In this document: positions 57,427 through 64,000 of the stretch, one piece after another | How the letters are laid out: every line of letters starts with the position of its first letter | Position numbering within the stretch: the stretch's first letter is position 1 | Virus record (IMG/VR): IMGVR_UViG_3300044609_000595 | Coordinates: 32,001-96,000 of that record | Strand: one strand, 5' to 3' | From: a virus | Length of the DNA stretch: 64,000 nucleotides | Position numbers and translations under genes: made by a program | The notes under the pieces: generated by a model | Told to the model about the DNA's origin: nothing | Seen by the model: only the letters and a program-made list of their open reading frames with translations | Databases searched by the model: none

Positions 57427-60234
57427 ATGGCATATCAGTTTTCTAGTGATCCACTCTTTGTAAGAGAAGGTGATGTAATCCAATTTAAGTATAAAGCGCC
57501 TGATACGTGGGATACGACAGAAACTGTCACTATTCAGGTTGGTCTTCTTACGCAATTTTGGTTTATTACTACAATCCCAGAAGACTTTCAGCCAGATCCT
57601 TTCCCATTACAACCAGTAGCAAATGCTGATTTAGATACTGTTTATACTTACGGAGATGGAACAAGACCTGGAGAAAATATTATTGTTGTTTCTGGTTTAA
57701 CTCCAACAACAGTAGTTCCTATATCCGTTTCAGCTAATGACTTTCCTGATATTAACAGATATTCTGTAAGTATTAACGGAGGTGCTTTTGTATTACTTCC
57801 AGAAAATACTACTGTACAAAATGGAGACACAATTCAATTAAGAGCAAGAACTTTTAATTCGCCCGCACAAACTCTTAGAATAAGTTTAACTGTTGGATTG
57901 GCTCAAGAAACTTGGGAATTAACTACAAAACAAACTCCAATCAATAAACCAAATCCAGCTCCAGTATTTACGCCATTAAATAATCTTCCTTTAAATTCTC
58001 CTGTATACAGTAACGTAGTTGTAGTACAGGGATTAACTGGTTCTGGACAAGTTAGTGCTGGTTTTGGTACATTAGTTGGTGTTTCTAGTACAAATACAAC
58101 ACAAACCAATGCCGAAGGATATGATGTTTTATCTGGTGTAACGTTTGCTTCTTCTGCCACTATTTCAAATGGTAAATACTTACAATTATTAGCAACGTCT
58201 CCAATTAATCCGAACACATCATTACCAATCGCTGTAGATATTGCTGAGGGAATTGGAGTAAGTACGTGGACAATACAAACAGGTGCTGCATTATCTACAA
58301 CTCCTACCAATTTCAGTTTCCCGAATATAACTAATGTAGCTCCAGGAGTAACTGTTCAATCTCAATCCAGACCTGTAGGTGGAATTGGTGGATTGAGTGC
58401 TGGTGTTTCTGTTCCAGTTGAATTAGTTTCCACTAGTGGCACAGAGCCAAGAATTAGAATTAATGATGGATCTATTGGAGTATTCCCGACAACTGTGCAG
58501 AATGGGGATGTTATTACTTTATACAATAAATCATCAACAACTTTTGGTGGAAATGTAGAAACTGCAATTAAAGTTGGAACAAGAATTATTACTACTTGGA
58601 GTATTGACACTTACTTAACTCCAGACTCAATTCCATCATTCACTGCTCCTCCTAATTTAACAAATAGAGTACCAGATACATTTATTTCTAGTGCTGTTGT
58701 AGGACTGACAGATTTTAACGTTCCAATTACTATCACTGCTACCAATGGAGCATTAATTTCTATTGATTATGACACACCAGTTGCTGGACCAAGAACTTTT
58801 GATCCACTAGTAAATCAGTTAATTTTCTTAGTTTTAAAGACACAAAACGCTTTGAGTGCTAGTTCCAGTACCACAGTAACTATTGGAGATGCTACACCAT
58901 TTACGTGGACAGTATCAACATATGCTGTTGCTCCTCCCCCTCCATCTAATCTTAGCACTTGGTACAGCATTAAAACTAAAAAATATGATGGTTTTTCGAT
59001 TGGAACTGTTGTACAAATATTGAAAGAAAACGTTGTCAATGAATATGGTGATATTGAAGATAGATTCCCAGGATTCCTTGAATGTGATGGAAGTTCTTAT
59101 CCAGTCGCACAATATTCTGATTTATGGAACATTATCGGTAATACTTATGGTGGTAATGGAGATTATAATGAGACTACATTAACCTACAGTGGCACATTTA
59201 ATGTTCCTGATTACAGAAATAAAAGAATATGTGGAATTGGAGCACTAGATGCTAACTTTGGTGGTTCTCCTTTCTTACCTGTTGACACAGGCAGTATTAA
59301 TCAAGTTGGATCCACTGGAGGATATTGGTATATTGACAGATCTGGCATTGCTGGCCCATTACCTTTAGAACAAGTTTATACTGGAGGAACCGAAAGTCCA
59401 TTCTTTAGTTTAGGAACAGTCAAAACTATCGGAACCGAGCAACTTACAGGGGAATTGACATTTAATATTACTGGATCAATTAATGCTATTCTTGGTCCAG
59501 TTGGAGAAATTAGTGTGAATGTTCCAGCACACGATCACGTTTATTGGTCTTCTACTGTAGAATCTGATTCTGGAGAGCCAGTAATACCATGGGGCACTAG
59601 AGCCATGTATGGTTTTAGTGGATCTTCGAGTTCTTATAGTGGTAGAGGAGTTGCTGACTCTGCTGGTCAATCTTCAGTTATTTCTCAGTTTAGAAATATT
59701 GCTGGATCTACATTTATTTCTGAGGTACAAAGAACTGGACTGGAATTTGACAGTATACTTCCACTTGATTCTAGTGAAGATATTAAATTTGGTAACTGGT
59801 GGGCTAGCCCAATTTCCACACTCCAAAGTCTTGCTGGTGGTAGAATATATGATACTGGATCAGCTGCTGCTAACGATGCTGGTGTTATTGATACGCAAGC
59901 ATCTACAATGAGAATTTCTCCGTATGCTTCTCCAGGAACATTAAAAACACACTCACACCTCATGAGTCTTGATGCTGCTACTAATCCACAAACAGACTTT
60001 ACCTATGGTAATGTTAATGGAGTAGGAACAAAATATGCAGGATCTCTTCCAACAGCAAATACTTCTCTAGAAGTTACTTTTAACCAAAGTGAAGTTCTTC
60101 TTGAATTAAATCCAGCTACATTTACTTTCAACTCTAGTATCAAACCAATTCCTACTGTAGAATTGCAACCAACTAAAACTGTACCACTCGTAACACCATT
60201 CCACAAAGTAAAATATATAATAAAAGCATACTAA
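57427..60234 (+). CDS. Tail fibre protein with collar domain
   Basis: PDPF...TVQNGD repeats, FPGFLECDG..Y....YSDLWNIIGNTYGG, C-terminal KYIIKAY. Confidence 0.8.
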   Translation: MAYQFSSDPLFVREGDVIQFKYKAPDTWDTTETVTIQVGLLTQFWFITTIPEDFQPDPFPLQPVANADLDTVYTYGDGTRPGENIIVVSGLTPTTVVPISVSANDFPDINRYSVSINGGAFVLLPENTTVQNGDTIQLRARTFNSPAQTLRISLTVGLAQETWELTTKQTPINKPNPAPVFTPLNNLPLNSPVYSNVVVVQGLTGSGQVSAGFGTLVGVSSTNTTQTNAEGYDVLSGVTFASSATISNGKYLQLLATSPINPNTSLPIAVDIAEGIGVSTWTIQTGAALSTTPTNFSFPNITNVAPGVTVQSQSRPVGGIGGLSAGVSVPVELVSTSGTEPRIRINDGSIGVFPTTVQNGDVITLYNKSSTTFGGNVETAIKVGTRIITTWSIDTYLTPDSIPSFTAPPNLTNRVPDTFISSAVVGLTDFNVPITITATNGALISIDYDTPVAGPRTFDPLVNQLIFLVLKTQNALSASSSTTVTIGDATPFTWTVSTYAVAPPPPSNLSTWYSIKTKKYDGFSIGTVVQILKENVVNEYGDIEDRFPGFLECDGSSYPVAQYSDLWNIIGNTYGGNGDYNETTLTYSGTFNVPDYRNKRICGIGALDANFGGSPFLPVDTGSINQVGSTGGYWYIDRSGIAGPLPLEQVYTGGTESPFFSLGTVKTIGTEQLTGELTFNITGSINAILGPVGEISVNVPAHDHVYWSSTVESDSGEPVIPWGTRAMYGFSGSSSSYSGRGVADSAGQSSVISQFRNIAGSTFISEVQRTGLEFDSILPLDSSEDIKFGNWWASPISTLQSLAGGRIYDTGSAAANDAGVIDTQASTMRISPYASPGTLKTHSHLMSLDAATNPQTDFTYGNVNGVGTKYAGSLPTANTSLEVTFNQSEVLLELNPATFTFNSSIKPIPTVELQPTKTVPLVTPFHKVKYIIKAY

Positions 60235-60240
60235 AATATT

Positions 60241-60915
60241 ATGACTGTGCAACCATACAGACCTCTCGAATTGATGAGAGATCCAAAGCTGACTAAATTT
60301 GAATTAACAGATTTTATCGGTGTCTGGGAAAATTTTGTTCCAGCAAATTTTTGTGATCAACTGATAGAATTTTTTGAGCATACTATTAACAATACTGCAG
60401 ATTATATTGAACCATCTAGCCCAGTTCCAGAAAAACAAACGGAAGCTTTGGTATTGAACGGTGATGTTCAATATAAAGGTAATTTAAATAGAAAAGATAC
60501 TTCCATTCTATTAAACTACACCAATGACACTTATAGCTATCAGGTAAATCAATTTTTGAAATCATGTGTTTTACATTACATTGATAATTTTTCTCAATTG
60601 AGTAAACTTGCCATGATTTCTTCTGACATCAAATTCCAAAAAACAGAACCAGAAGGTGGATATCATTTATGGCATTATGAAAATGCTGCTCTCGAATATG
60701 CTGCCAGAGAATTAACGTGGATGGTTTATTTAAATGATATTCCTGACGGAGAAGGAGAAACTGAATTTTTATATCAGCGTAGAAGAATTAAACCAACCAA
60801 AGGAACTGTAGTTATATTCCCTGCTGGAATGACTCACGTACATAAGGGTAATACAATATTCACGACGAATAAATACATTTTGACTGGATGGTATATAAAA
60901 ACTGCTAGAGTTTAA
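60241..60915 (+). CDS. 2OG-Fe(II) oxygenase (prolyl-4-hydroxylase-like)
   Basis: GGYHLWHYE, WMVYLND, GETEF, FPAGMTHVHKG, KYILTGW. Confidence 0.9.
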   Translation: MTVQPYRPLELMRDPKLTKFELTDFIGVWENFVPANFCDQLIEFFEHTINNTADYIEPSSPVPEKQTEALVLNGDVQYKGNLNRKDTSILLNYTNDTYSYQVNQFLKSCVLHYIDNFSQLSKLAMISSDIKFQKTEPEGGYHLWHYENAALEYAARELTWMVYLNDIPDGEGETEFLYQRRRIKPTKGTVVIFPAGMTHVHKGNTIFTTNKYILTGWYIKTARV

Positions 60916-60917
60916 AT

Positions 60918-61826
60918 ATGGAACAACAAATGTTAAAGCCGAATATTGAGATTGATTTTCTCAATAAGTATATTTTTACTCCATCAGACGATTTAACGTC
61001 TTCTGTTGCCAGTGTTAAAACCATCGATGAAAATCTATTAGTAAAATTCTTTGATAATATTGATCCATTTTGGCATACTGAAAACGATCAACTACAATAT
61101 TTCATTCAATATAATAATGGAGAATATTTTTGTCAAAGAAGAAAATTAAAATATGATTTTGCTACTAAAACTAGTTACTGGCAAACATATAACTTAAAAA
61201 ATATTCCTGCAGATAAAATTAATCAATTAGTTGAAAGAATTGAGGCGTTTGTTATTCTTAATGCCGATGTCAAAAAGTTTTTAGCTATCAATGAAGTTAA
61301 AGAAGTTGGTCAAGAATCTCTTTTCTACGAAAGAAGATTGCTTAAAAAGCTTGCTGAAAAAAACTCTATGCTATCAGCATCTGATTGGAGAGTTCTTCCT
61401 GACGTAGTTGATACTTATCCTGGTGAAAAAGACATGTGGATGAAGTGGAGAAATACTCTACGTCAAGAAGTAATTCAAAGACCAGAAAATTTTGAAAATC
61501 CACTAGAATTTCTAAAGTATCTTTATGATTTAAAATATCCAGTTGATCCAAAACTATATTTTAAAATGTATCCAGAAGGAAAAGATGAAGAAGGAAACGA
61601 AGTAGAATATCTTTCAACTCCAGAACAATGGGTTAGATACGATGTTGAAGCATCTACTGACTTCATCACTGCTAACGCTGTTAGAGTATTGAATTACACT
61701 AAAGGTTATATCGAAGCTAGAATTAGAGTTAAGAAAAATATTCTTAATGTTCTTAAAGAGTTTGATGTCAGCGACATTTATCCTGAGTATGATATTGATA
61801 AATTTGAAGAGGAAACTGCGGAATGA
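60918..61826 (+). CDS. Protein with tail-fibre assembly chaperone-like motif
   Basis: LSASDWRVLPD...WMKWRNTLR motif. Confidence 0.6.
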   Translation: MEQQMLKPNIEIDFLNKYIFTPSDDLTSSVASVKTIDENLLVKFFDNIDPFWHTENDQLQYFIQYNNGEYFCQRRKLKYDFATKTSYWQTYNLKNIPADKINQLVERIEAFVILNADVKKFLAINEVKEVGQESLFYERRLLKKLAEKNSMLSASDWRVLPDVVDTYPGEKDMWMKWRNTLRQEVIQRPENFENPLEFLKYLYDLKYPVDPKLYFKMYPEGKDEEGNEVEYLSTPEQWVRYDVEASTDFITANAVRVLNYTKGYIEARIRVKKNILNVLKEFDVSDIYPEYDIDKFEEETAE

Positions 61827-62479
61827 TATTAGAAATTGAATTATTACAAGATTATGAAATTCTAACAATCCAAAATCTTTTAAGCACAGCAGCATATAAG
61901 CCAGGAAAACTCTCCACTGGAGAAAACACTGACGTTAAAGTATCTGCTGTGGTTGATCAAAATACTTTAGAGTACAAAAAAGTATACGAAATTTTATCTA
62001 GAGCAATCTCTAATAATATTACTTTTTCTTCTTTATTATCAACTAAAAAAATAACACCACCTGTCATCGTAAACTACGAAACGGGTGGTTTTTATGATTG
62101 GCATATTGATGAAATAGAAATAGGTAGTGTTTTAACTCACTACAGTATGACAATATTTTTAAATAATCCAGATGAATATGGTGGCGGTGAATTAATTTTA
62201 ATTAGAGATGGTAAAGAAGAACAATACAAATTGCAGGCAGGTAAAGCTTTAATATATTCTACTGGTATGCTACATAAAGTTGCTCCTGTTAAAACAGGAA
62301 ACAGATTAGTTTCTGTTTCTTGGTTAGAATCATTGATTAAAGATGAATTTGTTAGAAACTGTATATTCAATCTTGGTAAAATCAACAAGGAACTTCTGAA
62401 CGATAAAGTAGATAGTAACAAGGTATTGAGTTTGGAACAACTTAGAATTAATATGTTGAGGCAGTATGGAAACTTTTAG
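61823..62479 (+). CDS. PKHD-type Fe(II)/2OG hydroxylase (PiuC/YbiX-like)
   Basis: YDWHID, SMTIFLNNPDEYGGGEL, LHKVAPV..GNRLVSVSWLES. Confidence 0.88.
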   Translation: MILEIELLQDYEILTIQNLLSTAAYKPGKLSTGENTDVKVSAVVDQNTLEYKKVYEILSRAISNNITFSSLLSTKKITPPVIVNYETGGFYDWHIDEIEIGSVLTHYSMTIFLNNPDEYGGGELILIRDGKEEQYKLQAGKALIYSTGMLHKVAPVKTGNRLVSVSWLESLIKDEFVRNCIFNLGKINKELLNDKVDSNKVLSLEQLRINMLRQYGNF

Positions 62480-62987
62480 TAGAGATCAAATTCTATCATA
62501 TAGAAATATTTTTTCTGTAGATGATTACTGGAAAATAATAGAATATGTAAATAGACCTCAGTGGGCATTTGGTCATGGTTCAAATAATTCTGAACCAACT
62601 ACACCATTTTGGGTTATGAATTTGAATGACGAACCATTCTTTACAGACTATCTACTAAATATTATACAAGAAAAAACAAATAAAAAGTTTGATCTGGAAC
62701 GAGTGTATGCCAACGGGCATATGTTCGGAACTCAAGGAGAACCTCATCAAGATGGTTATTCTGAAAACGCTAGAACATTTTTATTTTATGCTGTAAAAAA
62801 TTGGAGAGTTGATTGGTCTGGAAAAACTGTTTATATATTAAATAGAAATGAACAACATTATGAATTACCTGAACCAAATAAAGGAGTTCTTTTTCCAGGT
62901 AAAATGTTTCATTATGCTGAACAAACAACTAGAAAATTTACTGGTCTTAGAGTCACAATAGCTTGGAAATTGCACATAAAGGAGTAA
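62466..62987 (+). CDS. 2OG-Fe(II) oxygenase
   Basis: RVYANGH, PHQD, W.G.T, FPG..FH, RVTIAWK. Confidence 0.85.
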   Translation: METFSRDQILSYRNIFSVDDYWKIIEYVNRPQWAFGHGSNNSEPTTPFWVMNLNDEPFFTDYLLNIIQEKTNKKFDLERVYANGHMFGTQGEPHQDGYSENARTFLFYAVKNWRVDWSGKTVYILNRNEQHYELPEPNKGVLFPGKMFHYAEQTTRKFTGLRVTIAWKLHIKE

Positions 62988-62988
62988 A

Positions 62989-63333
62989 ATGATAATTTCA
63001 GAATACAATTGCATTTACTTTGATGATATGGTAGCTAAGTATGTCACCATGCTTGGCAAACCAGTAATTTTTATTAGAGCCTACGGGTGGAATAACGGTG
63101 CTGAGGAACAAAAAATTCAACAGTCAAAAGAAATATACAAAAACTCACTGCCATTAGATGTATACACAACAATGGATCAATGTGAATTTTCTGTGATTGA
63201 AATTGCTGATGTTGAAGAAGCAATTCAATTTTGTGAAGATAGTTTCCCTGAGTCATCTGACAAATGTGATCCAGAACTTTATGTACATTATAAAGTTTTT
63301 AATGCCCAAGGACAAGTTGTAGCAAGTAACTAA
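62989..63333 (+). CDS. Hypothetical protein
   Basis: 114-aa ORF in the operon, AAGGAG RBS. Confidence 0.7.
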   Translation: MIISEYNCIYFDDMVAKYVTMLGKPVIFIRAYGWNNGAEEQKIQQSKEIYKNSLPLDVYTTMDQCEFSVIEIADVEEAIQFCEDSFPESSDKCDPELYVHYKVFNAQGQVVASN

Positions 63334-63334
63334 A

Positions 63335-64000
63335 ATGTTTTCTGATAAATTTACTGAAATAAAGAACTATAGTTTGGTTCATAAAAAATATTTGGATACT
63401 TCTTCCATAATGCCTTGGAGATATACTTCTGTGTTTGATAGTAATTACAAACCAGAAATTAGTGAAGAAGTTAAGAATAAATTTCAGCTATTTTTTTATT
63501 ATAGATTGCAATACGCTGCTCAAATTTTAGAAGATGATAGAAAATATCTAGAAATAACTCACGAGAATAATATCGTTAAAGAGTATAGAGCAATTAATCC
63601 AATCAAATTGCCATTTTTTATTGATTCTGGCGAATGGAATCATTTCATTCATACGCTAGAAATTTCTAATTTGGATAATTGTAGACAAAGAATATTTGAT
63701 TATGTTGGTGAATCTGTTGTGATGGCAAGTATTACTTCAGTGACATACGATTCAAATTGTAACGCCACTGGATTATATTTTCTTCATGATCCATCAATTT
63801 CATTAAATCATTCGGAATTGGCAAATAAACTTTGTAATGCGTCGTATTCAATTAATAGGGCAACCCCAACCGTATACATTAATCCACTTAATAATCAAAT
63901 TAGTTATAATATATCTTTGCCATATGGCGCTAGGTCATTTAGATATGCTAAAATTTCTGGAAAAACTATGTTTGATTCTTCTGAATGTATTCCAACTAGA
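63335..64000 (+). CDS. Hypothetical protein, truncated by the window end
   Basis: Read manually: MFSDKFTEIKNYSL... open to position 64000. Confidence 0.65.
   Translation, partial: MFSDKFTEIKNYSLVHKKYLDTSSIMPWRYTSVFDSNYKPEISEEVKNKFQLFFYYRLQYAAQILEDDRKYLEITHENNIVKEYRAINPIKLPFFIDSGEWNHFIHTLEISNLDNCRQRIFDYVGESVVMASITSVTYDSNCNATGLYFLHDPSISLNHSELANKLCNASYSINRATPTVYINPLNNQISYNISLPYGARSFRYAKISGKTMFDSSECIPTR

Noticed and set aside
1-64000. CRISPR array, diversity-generating retroelement, integrase or transposase
   Set aside because: No regularly spaced repeat-spacer array, reverse transcriptase or recombinase motifs seen by eye; the repeats in 52.7-57.4 kb are coding paralogy

Overview
This 64-kb window comes from a low-GC T4-like cyanophage (cyanomyovirus). 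It carries the auxiliary metabolic genes psbA, talC, gnd, speD, phoH, cpeT and four 2OG-Fe(II) oxygenases. It also has a T4-type replication and transcription block (glutaredoxin, RNase H, thyX, exonuclease, gp33, gp32) and the baseplate/tail block (gp53, 48, 2, 4, 54, 26, 51, two hub or tape-measure proteins with peptidoglycan hydrolase domains, gp27-like, gp5). Six tRNAs and a long tail-fibre region with a 3530-aa virion protein complete the window. The most unusual part is a self-contained minus-strand cassette at about 8.5-12.4 kb. It begins with a T4 late promoter and a structured 230-nt leader, then a 242-aa helical protein and an internal terminator. Downstream are a Cys-flanked collagen, a paralogous fibre-domain protein, a papain-family peptidase, an unannotated 44-aa peptide that is 50% Tyr, a second Tyr-rich protein and a membrane-anchored coiled coil. 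It looks like a kit for a cross-linked coat, fibre or matrix. Other notable signals are a probable -1 frameshift fusing gp26 and gp51, an array of tRNA-sized non-coding RNA modules including a tRNA mimic, and a duplicated phased A-tract element. All family assignments come from motif recognition by eye; no database searches were run.
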